Of a stretch of DNA of 64,000 nucleotides, positions 14,360-28,834 are shown piece after piece. The stretch is from the human T2T-CHM13v2.0 reference genome, Homo sapiens. Position 1 is the stretch's first letter, and every line of letters starts with the position of its first letter. A program made the translations under genes and the position numbers. Under the pieces are notes generated by a model. That model searched no databases. It was not told the DNA's origin and saw nothing but the letters and a program-made list of their open reading frames with translations. The stretch lies in the NCBI RefSeq assembly GCF_009914755.1, contig NC_060926.1. One strand, 5' to 3'.

Positions 14360-14646
14360 ATTTTTTTTTTCAGAGTGTCGTTTTGTTGCCCAAGCTGGAG
14401 TGCAGTGGCATGATCTCAGCTGACTGCAACGTCTGCCTCCTGGGCTCAAGCAATCCTTCCACCTCAGTTTCCTGAGTAACTGAGACTACAGGTGCCTCTA
14501 CCATGCCCTAGCTAATTTTTGTATCTTTTTTGGTAGAGACAGGATTTCGCCATGTTGCCCAGGCTGGTCTCTAACTCCTGGGCTCCGCCTGCCTTGGCCT
14601 CCCAAAGTGCTGGCATTACAGGCATGAGGTACCATGCTCCACCCCA
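14360..14646 (-). mobile_element. Alu (AluJ-like)
   Basis: Diverged antisense Alu. Confidence 0.88.
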
Positions 14647-15952
14647 GATTGTTAATGAGGGAATAATGCAAGCATTTATACTAAGAACTTGTCTAAGATA
14701 ACAAGGCTTGTCATCATGATTATCTAACATTGCCTTGGAGGTACTAGACACTACAAATAAATAAACAAGAAAATAGATGTATATTTAAAAGTAGGCAAAA
14801 TTATTACTGTAATATAATCCTATACCTAGAAACCCAAGAAAATCAACTGAAAACTTACTACAAACAGTAAGAAAAATCAACAAGGTAGCTGTGCATTAAA
14901 TTAATAGACCAACAGTTTTCATAATGTAGACAGCAATCAGTTAGAAAACATAAATAAAAGACCAGTGACAAAAATAGACAAAATATCAAGGAATAAACTT
15001 AAGAAACAAGCAAGCTATATGAAGAAAATTTTAAAATGTTCACGAGAGACACAAAAGAAGACTGAAAGGAATGGAAAGCCTTCAAGTTCTTAGGAAGAAA
15101 TCATCATGAAGATTTCAGTTCTCTTCAAGTTAACCTTTGAATTTAATACTGTGATTCCCCAAAAACACTAAGAAGATTTTGTTTTTGGCATTACCAAATT
15201 GATTTTAAAATGCATGGAGGAAATCCAAACACAAATAGCTAGGAAATATCTGAACAAGAGTAATGAGGATTAATTAGCCCTGCCAGATATTAAAACATAA
15301 AGTCTCAACAAGTAAAATAGTGTATTACAGATGCCTGCATAGATAGAACAGCAAGTCCAGAAACAGAAGCAGCAATATAGTAATTAAACATATGCTAAAG
15401 TGGGCATCTCATAACATTTCAGAAAACAATATTACTCAATGAACGATTTGAGACAATTGGGTAGCAATCTTAAAATAAATTTGAATTTGTACCTCAAAAA
15501 AACAAAAAACAGAAAACTTATGCCATGATAATTCCAAATGAATGAGTAATTTAAATGGAAAGGAATAGAACCATAGAAATGAACACCATGAAAATTATTT
15601 TTAATTACTGTCTTGGACAGGGGAAGCCTTTCTAAGTGCGACACAGTTCCCAGAAGCCATAAGAAAGAAGACTGACAAAAATCTGCGATATAAAAAGTCT
15701 GATTGGCTTATTGTACCAAAAGTTAAGGGAAAAATAGACAAAAATATTTTAAAACATTTTCAAATCCTATCACTAACACAGAGCTAACTTACCTAATATA
15801 TAAAGAGCTACAAATTCATAAGAAATCTGATGTCCTGGTTTCAAATAAAATGAGCGAATGAATTAAGTGGACAATCCAAAATAAATCCAAGGGATTCATA
15901 AAACCATGTCACATCCCTCACAAAGAAGAAGTGCAACTTAAAACCACACTGT

Positions 15953-16250
15953 GGGCTGGTAGTGGTGGCTCACGCCTATAATCCTAACACTTTGGGAGGC
16001 CGAGGTGGGCGGATGGCTTGAGTCCAGGAGTTTGAGACCAGCCTGGGCAGCAGGCTGGTGGCAAAACTCCATTTCTATCAAAAGTACAAAATTAGCTGGG
16101 TGTGGTGGTGCACAGCTACTTGGGAAGCTGAAGCAGCAGGATCACCTGAGCCTGGGGAGGTCGAGGCTGCAGTGAACCCTGATCACGCCACTGCACTCCA
16201 GCCTGCTGACAGAGTGAGACTCTGTTTAAAAACAAACAAAACAACAAAAC
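15953..16250 (+). mobile_element. Alu (AluJ-like)
   Basis: Diverged Alu body. Confidence 0.88.
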
Positions 16251-16509
16251 TACACTGTGATAACAGTTTCACTCATCAGACTAAAAAAATGTGAATACTC
16301 TCTTGGCACAAGTGCGAGAAACAGACATTCTATTCATACATCACTACTGGGAATGTAAATTTGTATATCCTTGATGGAGACCATTTTGGCCATCCATAAA
16401 GATTAGGAACGTTCTTTCTTTTTGACCTAGTAAGTCCATATATGGGAATTTGTCCTAAAGAAAATGAGAATGACAGTAACAATAGTAGTAATAGCAGTAA
16501 CTACTAGTT

Positions 16510-16700
16510 ACAGCTTATGTCAGCCACTGTTCTAAGTAGTTTACACAGGGCGTGTCACCAAATCTCTGCACTAACCTTAAAGTTCTTACTGATGAGGAAC
16601 CTGAGGCAGAGAAGTTAAGTAACAGGCCCAGAGACACACACCTCATAAGTAGAGCCAGGGTTCGAACCCCAGCAGTCTGTGTCCGGAATCCATGCTTTTA
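16510..16700 (-). mobile_element. MIR SINE
   Basis: gatgaggaacctgaggcagagaagttaagtaac...gagccagggttcgaacccc. Confidence 0.75.
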
Positions 16701-17139
16701 CTTGTGATCTCTCAAGCTATATTTAGACATAAGAGAAATTACAAGTAAACAAGGTTTTTCACAAGGGTATTGTTCAGGATTGGAAATAACTGGAAATAAC
16801 CAAAAATCTATTAATATAGACCTAGTTAAATAGTTATATCCATACAATGTAATACCATTCAGATGTTTTAAACAAAGAAGAAACTCTATATAAATTGATA
16901 GGAAGTCTCCAAGATAAATTTTTTAAAAACAACAAAGATGTAAAACATTATGTGTTATATGTCATCATCAGTATACAAATGAGGGAAATAATGAATATAT
17001 CTATTCACTTTATATGTTTAAAACATCTCTGAGAGAGGACAACACCACATACCTAATAAATTATTGTATTTGGGAGGGGAACTGTGTGGCTGAGGGGCAA
17101 AAGTGAGAAGATGAGCTCATTGAATAACTTTTTTTTTCA

Positions 17140-17480
<341 letters not shown>

Positions 17481-18504
17481 TTAAATAATAATATTAATAA
17501 TAATAGTAACAGAATGGTATGGATCCTCCTTAGGGTCTATGTCACAGAGGAACAAAGGGAGGCAAGGTAACAATGACAAATGTGAGGACTGACTGCAGCA
17601 GAATGTGCAGCTATCCTTTTGATAATCACTTAACGAAATAGAAAAACCCAGAACTAGTTATTAGCAGAACTGAGACAAGAAGCCTTTAAAAACTCCTAAT
17701 ACATTCCTCTTTCCATCACTCTTATTTTTCCTGTAGCTAAAATGACTTCGAAGGTGGTGTTCTATCACAGAAAATGGTAGAGCTTATAGTCTGAAAAAGG
17801 TTGATCTGGGATACCATATTCAGAGAAACCCCTCTCTGGTCTGGGACAGTGCATTATAATGAAGTATCCCTCAGACACACATGAAGGCATTTACCAAATT
17901 AGTGGTCTTTAAGCCCTTGTGCTTACCTGATTGTTTTAAAGTTTATATACAAAATATTTCATCATAAATTTAAATGTTTATTGTTCGCAATAAGATGAAA
18001 CGAGCATTGACTGTGATTGGAATAAATATTTCATGACATGATTTGATAGCATAGGTTTTAACTAGCTTATTGCATAGAGGTCACTGAATGTGAAAGAAGT
18101 CATGTATCAGTTTACCTATTTTATCTAGTTTATCTTAATAGATTTGGATTTCATAAAATATTTTGGTTATATTGCAAACAACCCACATCACTAACCTATA
18201 TTGTTTTAGTTGGTCTGAATTCAGAATATCCCCAGACAGGTCAATTTGATCCTTAAGGGAAATACATACAATACAAAAGGATTTAAAGGGTTAGAATGCC
18301 TTCTTTATGTAAATTGGGAAAAGTTGTTTTCTCAGCTAGTTTTGGGAAAAAGTAACTGTGGAAGATGATCTAGAAACCGATTCCCTTGCTTAAATTTACT
18401 TGACTTAGCAGCATATCTCTTGCAGTGACTTCATGCACTATTCCTTATTCCATTTTGGAAAACACTATGCTAAATCATAGGCATCATTCTATCTTCTTAT
18501 TGTG

Positions 18505-18807
18505 TTTTTATTTTTTATTTTTATTTTTCTGAGATGGAGTCTCGCTGTTAACCAGGCTGGAGTGCAGCGGCCTGATCTTGGCTCACTGAAACCTCCCCTT
18601 CCCAGGTTCAAGCGATTCTCCTGCCTCAGCCTCCCAAATAGCTGTGATTACAGGTGCACACCACCATGCCCGGCTAATTTTTGTATTTCTAGTGGAGATA
18701 GGGTTTCGCCATGTTGCCCAGGCTGGTCTCGAACTCCTACCTCAGGTGATCCGCCTGCCTCGGCCTCCCAAAGTGCTGGAATTACAGGTGAGCCACCGCT
18801 CCCGGCC
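18505..18807 (-). mobile_element. Alu (AluS-like)
   Basis: Antisense Alu. Confidence 0.9.
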
Positions 18808-18809
18808 GT

Positions 18810-19509
<700 letters not shown>

Positions 19510-20619
19510 TCACTCCCTTTGTTGTCCTTAACAATGCTCTTACAGAGCAGCTCTATTCTACACAGTCACACACTGAATACTATGGAAAACCATTTATTAG
19601 AAAAAAAGCTAGAATACAAAAGCAAATTTGAACATCATGTTGTACAGTTTAAAAAAAAAAAAAAGCAAAAAGATGCATAGCCGATTGCCCATCATAGATT
19701 CTTTATGTCTGGGTACTCAGGATATCTTAGGCTGTTTTCAAGTTGTAGGAAGGGGAAATAATTGAGTGCTATGCCCTTCTCTGCAACATTTGTTCCAAAT
19801 CTGAAACAGGAGGAGTAAAGAGATTTCTCCCTAAGATTGTGCTTAGGAAGTTCCTGAATATTAGTTACCTCTGTATTGATAGTAAACACTGAGTGTATAT
19901 TATGTGCTATACATTGTGGTATTTTATACGGATCATCACATTTAATCCTCCCAGCTCTTCTAAGAAGGTGGGATACTTTCACTTTAGAGATTGGAATATC
20001 ATGGGTTAAATAACTTGCTCAACATTACGTGGCTAGTGTACCAGGCTGCTTCCTGGTAATTTACATGAATTGTTAGTCAAGTATTTGTTGCATCCACCCA
20101 TTGCTCTCAAATTTTAACATAGGTACAAATTTCATTGCCCTAGTTTGTTATACAGTAGGTATCTAGGGGAAAAATGCTTTCCATTACTTGTATTTTTTCC
20201 AGAGTAAGCACTTAAATAACTTGATAAGGTGTTAACCTTAAAAGAGTGGCACCACAAAATTTAAATTTATTACATTTCATTATCATTACAAATGAGATTT
20301 TTTAAAAAGCCCTGGCTCATCCTTTTAGGTTGTAATTTACTTTTTGTTTCATTACAAAATTTTTCACTAATTTCTACTATTTGAGGGTTAGAATGAAGCA
20401 AATTTCTCTGTAGTTAGACATTCGTGTAGTTAACTTGTGATTGATCATCTTCCACACCATATCACATAAATTGGTTTCTATTGGAAAAGAAACAATTCTG
20501 AAGCAGTTAAACCTTGAGAGATAATACAGCTGGTGTTGACTAAGGCCTTGATAAGTGCTGGAAATTTTGCATAACTCGGAATAAACTTACCTGTTCTGAG
20601 GACTTGATAGTACTTTTCA

Positions 20620-20915
<296 letters not shown>

Positions 20916-21159
20916 CTAGTCTAGGCCTGTCGTTCATGCATTTATTCATTTATAAACCAATAAATAAAGAGAGAGTACTAGATATTTGAACCCCTAAATA
21001 ATTCTATTATTGATACTTTTGGGTTCTTAAAGACTTTCAATTATATTTTCTTTAAGACTTCCCTGGCTTTTTGTAACCTTTCAGAGTACATCACTTCATT
21101 CCACTAAATGTTACACTGTTATTTTACTCAGTCCTTTCTCAGTGAAGCTTCTAGAACTA

Positions 21160-21387
21160 CAGTGGTCCCTTGGTATACAGGAGATTAGTTCCAGGACCCC
21201 TGAACTAATGCACATACCAATATGCACACATAGTCAAGTCCACAGTCAGCCCTGTGGAACCCACATATATGAAAAATCAGCCCCTCCCTATACGGAGGTC
21301 TTTACATCCTGTGAATACTGTATTTTCCAGCGGCATTTGGTTGAAAAACTTTCTCATATAAATGGATCTGTTGTTCAGGGTCAACTA
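21160..21387. mobile_element. MER8/MER2-family Tigger2-derived MITE
   Basis: TA|cagtggtcccttggtatac...ttccaggacccc ... gttcagggtcaacta|TA. Confidence 0.75.
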
Positions 21388-22609
21388 TAATCTAAATTTA
21401 TGGTTTATTTTCTCATTCTTTCCTTAAACTCCAGAAAACTGGTCTCATTTTTATTCTGAAACTGCTCTTGAAAATGCCACAAGAAAACAACACCAACACA
21501 AAAACGCCGCAAGACATACGGCTATTTTTCAACTCTAGTTCGTTGAATTTCTCTGTAGCATCTGGAATTGTGCATTACTGAGCTCTGGAGCCAGATGGCC
21601 CTAGGTTTATTCCAGCTCCCCCGCTTACTAACTATATGGATATGGGCAAGTCTTCTCAACTATCCTGGCTTCATACTCTTTACATGTGAAAAGAGGGTTA
21701 ATAGTAGTACTCATGTTGCTCTCAATAAACAGTAATAACAGTAATAAATTACCATTCTTACTACCAACCCTAAGCTTCCACAACACTGTTCTCTAGGTGT
21801 CCCTCTTACTCTGTGACCCTGCTCCATCTATCCCTTAACTGATTAATCCTTAAGATTCCATCCTTGGTCCACTGCCCCTTTCTTCCCTTTTTGGATGGTT
21901 TAATTTGGAATCATTTTTCTGATGAAATGTTTCAATGCAAAAATCAGTGGATGTTGATCATTCCCAGACTTCTATCTCCAGGCATTTTCTGGAGTTTCAG
22001 ACTGAAATCATTTCCCCCAGCCCACCTTTCCCCCTTCTTCTAATTTCGATTTCAATTGGTAGTTCATCATCTACTCAATCACAAACCAAAAAAACCAAAA
22101 ACCAAGGTTCATACTACATTTCTTGTTCTAATATACTCCTATAATATTTGCCTCCGACATAATTCTCAAATCTGCCCCTTCTATACCCTTACTATGTCTA
22201 CCACATTAATTTAAGCTCTACGCTTCTGATTCCAACCTTTGCCCTCCTCCTTGAGTCTATCCCCTACTCTTGAGCCAATAATTTACACAGAGCCAAACTT
22301 GAATATGCCGTGTTATTGGTATACTACCGTACACAAAGTAGCTCCAAGTTACTCAGGACGGCATGGAGAGCCCTCTATTACCTGACCCCTGCAATCTTTC
22401 CAATTTCTGCCAATTTCCACCCCATATAAGCAATACAGAAACACCATGCTCTCCTAGTACCCACACATAATTTTCATTATTATTTATGCTACAATTACCT
22501 ATGTTTCTGGCTCTGTCACTCAGTCCATGCTGAGACATTTCTCAAGCCATGGACTTTCTACCTCAGCCCAGCACAGTGCTAGAATATAGCAGACACTCAT
22601 TTTTACTGA

Positions 22610-22935
<326 letters not shown>

Positions 22936-24189
22936 GGCCTTTTTTCTTCTTGAAAAAATTATAACTCAATTTAACAAATACCAATCATTTTAAGAGGTTT
23001 TTTTCTCCCCGACCCAAATTCCTAGGAAACATTTTTTTTTTCTTCCCTATCTATTTCTGCCCCCGGCCTCTTTATTACATTTAGTGGGCAGGGAATGATT
23101 TACTGTGGAAGTTCTCATACCAACAGTTATGTTTACTCCAACTTATAACCGCACATCTGCAGGTGACTAAAATTGTGCAAGCGGAAAGTGAGTTCAAACA
23201 CTGACATGCATACCTGTTTGAATCAGTGATTTGAACCCTAGGAATACATTAGTGTATACAAATATGGAAACCACAGGGAAAAAAAAAGCATTTCTAGTTA
23301 TTACTATGATAATGAAGAATGAGAAAAACAAGAAAAACAGGAAAATAAGAAGTCATAAAATGCTAAGTATTCTGTGATGAATGTACTTTTTCATTCAGGT
23401 AAACTCATTTTTTTATTTAGGTAAAATACAAATAAATACCTAAATTTTATTTAGGTAACCCTCTCTGTTAAAAAACAAATGGATCAAATGCTATCCAAAT
23501 TACCTAAAGTGGGAGGCGGGGGTATGATTAAATAATATAAACATATTTAAAAACTATTTTCAAAAGGATGTAATATAGGTAGACAAAGTATCCAGAAAGA
23601 TACAATGGGCACAACCTAAAAATATTTAAGTCTAAGGATGGAGGTAATCTGGGCACTGGGAAATCAATTAAGTATATATAGAAATGATTCAAATGCCTTC
23701 CCTCAGCAAGAATTTGTCTATTCTATGTCTACCACAGTTGGACACTAGATTAGTTTGGATCTACAGCAAGAAATAAAAATGATAGTGGTATATCTTTAAT
23801 AGTTTTCATAGAGAATACTGACATCCTATTCTAGTTCCTAGTAGTAGGAGGAAACAGAACATTAACTAAAGGTACTGTCTGTCTCACTGTATCCGTTTTA
23901 AGAGATAACAGTTTAAGATATCATGTTAAAAATTCTCTCCTAATATTTTTCGCTTGTTTCTCCAAGAAATTCTCATATGCCCTATATTCCAGTAAATCAT
24001 TATTTACAAGTTAAGGTTAAGAATGCATATAAGATCAAAAGATACTCTCTATACAAAACCTAAGAACTTTAATATAACAATAAAACTAACTGGTGGTTTG
24101 AAATATCCTGTTTCTAGAGAACTTGATCTATGTTCAAGAGAAAAAACTCAATTCTTTTATGGTTTCAGAATGGGGAGAGGTGGGGGAGG

Positions 24190-24862
24190 AACAGCAAACG
24201 CTGGTAAGGTTCCAGAGAAAAGGGAACACTTATACACTGTTGGTGGGAGTGCAAATTAGTTCAACCATTGTGGAAATCAGTATGGCGATTCTTCAAAGAG
24301 CTAAAAGCAGAACTACCATTCGGCCCAGCAATCCCATTACTGGGTATACATCCAGAGGAATATAAATCACTCTACCATAAAGACACATGCACGCATATAT
24401 TCACTGCAGCACTATTCACAATAGGAAAGACACGGAATCAACCTAAATGCCCATCAATGACCAACTGGATAAAGAAAATGTGGTACATGTACACACCATA
24501 AAATACCATATAGCCATAAAAAAGAATGAGATCCTGTCTTTTGCAGGAACAAGGCTGGAACTGGAGGCCATTATCCTTAGCAAACTGACACAGGAACAGA
24601 AAACCAAATACCACATATTCTCACTTATAAGTGGGAGCTAAATGATGAAGACGCATGAACACAAAAGAGGGAAACAACAGATAGGGGTCTACTTGAGGGT
24701 GGAGGGTGGGAGGAACTAGAGGAACAGAAAAGATAACCTTCGGGTGTTGGGCTTAATACCTGGATGATGAAATAGTCTGTACAACAAACCGCTGTGACAC
24801 AAGTTTACCTGTATAACAAACCTTCACATGTACCCCTGAACATAGAAGTTTTTTAAAAAATA
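24190..24862 (+). mobile_element. 5'-truncated L1 (L1PA15/16-like): ORF2 C-terminus and 3'UTR
   Basis: ELPFGPAIPLLGIHP and KCPSMTNWIKKMWY peptides; L1PA-type 3'UTR ending acatgtacccctgaac. Confidence 0.88.
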
Positions 24863-25814
24863 ATAATGTTGGGGGAAAATCTAGTTTGAAGCAGGAGCTG
24901 CAGATTTCAGAACTATCAGGGCGAAATGTATCATTTGTGTTCTTACATGCTTATATTCGAAAAAGCAATCTATTAACCGTAAAGATAAATCAAAATATTT
25001 TTCAAAAGAATGAAACCTGTATTCATTAGCTATATTGTGGAGTCTGAGGCTACAAAACAGATCAAAGCAAATACTAAATATAAATACATCCTAAGATATG
25101 ATACATTTAAAATATGAAACCTTGACAATTTTAATAGGAAATCCTATATAAACATAATTACTTAACAGTTTAAAGAAACCAACACAACATTCAAGACAAC
25201 TTAAAACCTTAACTTACTTTAATGATAAAACACTTGAAATTGTCTTCAAATTTGAACATTTTAAAATAATTGTAAATGTTAGCTGAAAAATAAACAGGTA
25301 AAGTTAAAAGGATCAATGTGGGTTTTCAAAGATGGTTTTAGTATTAGAAGAATGTGCTTATCTCAGTAGCAAGTAGATTATTTTAAATGGCATGACATGA
25401 GTTGATTCTTTAAAAAAGCCCAATTTAGTAGAAAGGAAATACAATTTCTCTTTTGATAAACATATTTATATTTTCAGTTACTTCCTTTTTTAAAAAAAGT
25501 CCCCCAATCTTAGGAAGAATGGAGAAGCAAATAACAAAAAAACCCTAAAAACATTTTTGCCTAGTATGTGTAGCAACAGCTACACCCAGTGGCCAGAGAT
25601 GAGTGGTGACGGTTTCTAGCTATATTATTATAAAAGGAAAACCTGGAAAGAGCCATTTTTCCATTTATTTAAGGTTTTAGGATAAAAGTCACCTTTCACT
25701 AAAATTAGGTTTTAAGGAAATACTCAAGAATCTTTGGGAACAAAAGCCTTAGCTCATCAGCTTGACGCAAGAGTCCAGAATAATTCAGTAGCTAAAATAA
25801 AACTCAAACCAAAG

Positions 25815-26931
25815 AGAGAACTTAACAGATACTTTATTGCTCACCTTTCACACAAAGCACACCTCCAGCCATTTTCTTTCACAGCTTGACAATGTTTACA
25901 TGTACAAAAACCCAGCAAGAAGCATCATGTCATGTAGATTTCAGTAAGGGAGAATGTAAAACATCAACTCAGCCAGGCTTTTGTTTTCTGCAGCAATAAT
26001 AAAGGGCCTCCTGCACTTAGCAAAAATCTGTCTTAACTTTGTAGTGCATTTCTTCCATTACAAAAAAAGTTACCTGCTTAAAGCAAACTAACTTGTATTT
26101 GCTGAGCCAGTGGTATTAACTCATGCATAAAACAAATTTCGGTTTGCTATTTCTTCTAGCAAATTTCAAGTAAAAATAAGGTTGAAGGAGGAATTTGTTT
26201 TGGATGGATGCAGGTCAGTTTGAATTGCTATACTTAACTAAATGCCTACATGTACTATAGCTTCACAACTTAGTTTGCTTTTATAATCTTTATGGATTTT
26301 GGCCGTGTTCAAGGTTTTCAGAGTTGAGCATATGATACAGTATTCCATCAACAAAATAAGGCTACTGAATGTGCTATCTGCAGAAGAGCTCATTTAATAG
26401 GAACTGACCTAAAAGTTCCATCATGAAGCACACGTGGCATAAAAGTCAACCGGGGGGCAGAACTGTGCTTGGAAAATAGGCATTGGAATACTTTAAGCAA
26501 AACACATATAAATGGTTATTCATATGAGGAAGGTTTCCTAGTAGTAAATCTAAAAAAGTCTAGGTGAATCCTCATTTTCAAAACTGCATATTGAAAACAT
26601 GAAAACTACTTATTCAAGTAATTTCTTCAAAAAAGTTTGCATGTTCTGACTGTGGAATTAGTCTACTGGGCAATTAAAGGCAATTTTAACCACCTTTTAA
26701 AAAATTTTTCATAGAAAGGAGAGATGTTATGTGTTTCTCAAATAAACGGCATTATGTAAGTCCAATAAAAAAATCTAACAGAATTGAATGAAGACCTACA
26801 AATGCTTATGCCAAGCAGGAATCTGCCTGCCACCTGTGGTCTCACATTAATTCAAAATAGGTGCTGAATTCAGGATTCTGAAACTAAGTTTCTATTACTT
26901 GAGCTCTAGCAAAATGTAAGGTTCGGTAGCC
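25815..26931 (-). other. FAM98A: FAM98A 3'UTR (end approximate)
   Basis: Repeat-free sequence between the stop codon and the polyA signal. Confidence 0.8.
25833..25838 (-). terminator. FAM98A polyadenylation signal AATAAA
   Basis: TTTATT on the plus strand, ~1.1 kb past the stop; TGTA motifs upstream (~25897-25905) and T/G-rich sequence downstream on the minus strand. Confidence 0.75.
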
Positions 26932-27600
26932 TCAACTAGTGTAATGTCTTCCCTGTCCAAATCCAGAATGATTATACTGATAACCTCCATGCTGGAAATG
27001 CTGTTCAAATTGACCCCCTTGGTGATAATTCTGGCTCCCTCTTCCTCCCCAGCCTCCTCCCTGGCCTGCACGACCACCTCGGCCTCCACGACCACCTCGC
27101 CCACCACGACCACCACCACGATCACCATGGTGCCCGCCATCTTGGTATCTATTGTCCTGCTGGTAGCCACCACCCTGGTATCCACTTCCTGTATATGAAG
27201 AAGATGTTTGGAAGCCACCATAACCTCCGCCTTGATAGCCACCACTGCTGTGGCCACCATGATAGCCACCTGGCTGGAAACCTGAATCTCGATAACCACC
27301 ATCTTGGTAGCCACCTCCTCCACCACTCCCTCCATCTGTCCAGCCTCCTTGATGCTTATTTCCTCTTCCTCCCCCTCGGCCACCATGGTCATAGCCACCA
27401 CGTCCACCTCTCCCGCCTCCTTGTTCATGACCTCCTCGTCCTCCGTATGAGGAATGTTCATAGCCACCTCTCCCTCCTCCTCGGCCTCCTGTTTGCTGCT
27501 GGGGGCCATCTTGCCTCTTCTGCCACGGTGGCATCTCTGGGGGTGGAGGTTCGATTTCATTGGGTCTACCACCTCTGTCAGGCACCCTGCCCATCAACAC
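26932..27600 (-). CDS. FAM98A: FAM98A exon 8 (RGG/YQ-rich low-complexity C-terminus, stop TGA)
   Basis: ttctgtag|GTG TTG ATG; 669 nt; VLMGRVPDRGGRPNEIEPPPPEMPPWQKR...GGRGGRGGRGG...GRHYTS*. Confidence 0.97.
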   Translation of the reverse strand: MLMGRVPDRGGRPNEIEPPPPEMPPWQKRQDGPQQQTGGRGGGRGGYEHSSYGGRGGHEQGGGRGGRGGYDHGGRGGGRGNKHQGGWTDGGSGGGGGYQDGGYRDSGFQPGGYHGGHSSGGYQGGGYGGFQTSSSYTGSGYQGGGYQQDNRYQDGGHHGDRGGGRGGRGGRGGRGGRAGQGGGWGGRGSQNYHQGGQFEQHFQHGGYQYNHSGFGQGRHYTS

Positions 27601-27685
27601 CTACAGAATAGGAAAGATATTTTAAACTTTTATTTTATGAACAGAAATAAATGCATTTGGAAAAAATTAAAGGTACTCTAATCAC

Positions 27686-27853
27686 CTTATTGATGGCACA
27701 GGCAGTCTTTTCTCTTATAGAGCCGCTGCTTGTCCTTAAAATCTTTGACAAGTCCTGCCTTGCAGCCAAAAGATGGGCAACAGAAATAGTAGTTTTAGGG
27801 GATAAGACTGAACGTTTCGGCTGGTAAACCTTGGCTAATTTTTCTGTCTGGCT
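27686..27853 (-). CDS. FAM98A: FAM98A exon 7
   Basis: caacag|AGC...AAG|gtgatt; 168 nt; SQTEKLAKVYQPKR...REKTACAINK. Confidence 0.95.
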
Positions 27854-28717
27854 CTGTTGAAAGAAAAGTGTTCAAAGAGAAATGTCAATTTTCAAAATGA
27901 CATAAGAAACACATATTAAATAAGTTAAAGGTCTCCAAAATATCTGATAATGATATTTACTAGGCTCTAGATGGTAGGAAAAGTTATATACTCACTACTG
28001 CTCCTACATAGTCAAGAACTACCTTAAAAGTACAGCTGCCAGACTTGTTGACACAACAAGGAGTGACAGGGACTGTGGGGGCAGGGGTGGAGTGAGAGGG
28101 TGCCCCTTTAGGGTTATGAGGCCAACGTGATAAAAAGGTTCCCCCATCATTGGTCTCAGATCAAACATACTCATTTTCTCTATTTAAATATAAGAATATA
28201 AAGCTATTTCAACAATTTTGCTTTTTAATTTTCCTATCTTTGGTTTCTATGAGGTAATAACTATCTGCTGAATGACCAAGGTCTTTACCTGGATTGTCTC
28301 ATTTAGCTGAAAAAAAACTTAAGTCTTACCAAATTCTCCAATTGTCTATAAATCATACCAAATCCAATATTTCTAACTTCTATTAGCAAATTAAATTATT
28401 TAAAGTAAACAAGTAATTTGAAATCAATTTATTATTTTAGTAATTTTCAGAATAACTCCATTTCTCTCATAATAAGAACTTCTCTCTCCAATAAGAACTG
28501 TAAAATTCAGATTTGTTAAAAAATAGAAAATTGAAAAATAAATGTTTTCATCATTGCTGAATAGTTGAAAGAGCCACTACTCAATAACTCACTAAGGAAA
28601 AATCCCTATGTGTGTCTTCTATGTACTTCTCCCATAGTTGCCAAGTAGCTAAATTGTTTAGATGTTCAGGGATCATGTCTATAAATAGTCTGCTCTTTTA
28701 AATTATTTAATGTGTAC

Positions 28718-28834
28718 CTTAGCTCTGTCAGACCAGCCAAAGGATTGTACAGTGACATCCAAACGTTTTATTAGCAGCTTTCTCCGGACTTCATATTCAT
28801 TGGCTATGGCTTGGTTAATTGCTTCTATCTTTTC
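28718..28834 (-). CDS. FAM98A: FAM98A exon 6
   Basis: cttcag|GAA...AAG|gtacac; 117 nt; EKIEAINQAIANEYEVRRKLLIKRLDVTVQSFGWSDRAK. Confidence 0.95.

Noticed and set aside
24023-24641. ORFs with L1 ORF2 similarity
   Set aside because: Frameshifted C-terminal fragments of a truncated L1; not functional
26944-27681. Plus-strand Thr/His/Ser-rich ORFs (26944-27198, 27195-27611, 27454-27681)
   Set aside because: Reverse complement of Gly-codon repeats in FAM98A exon 8; openness is compositional
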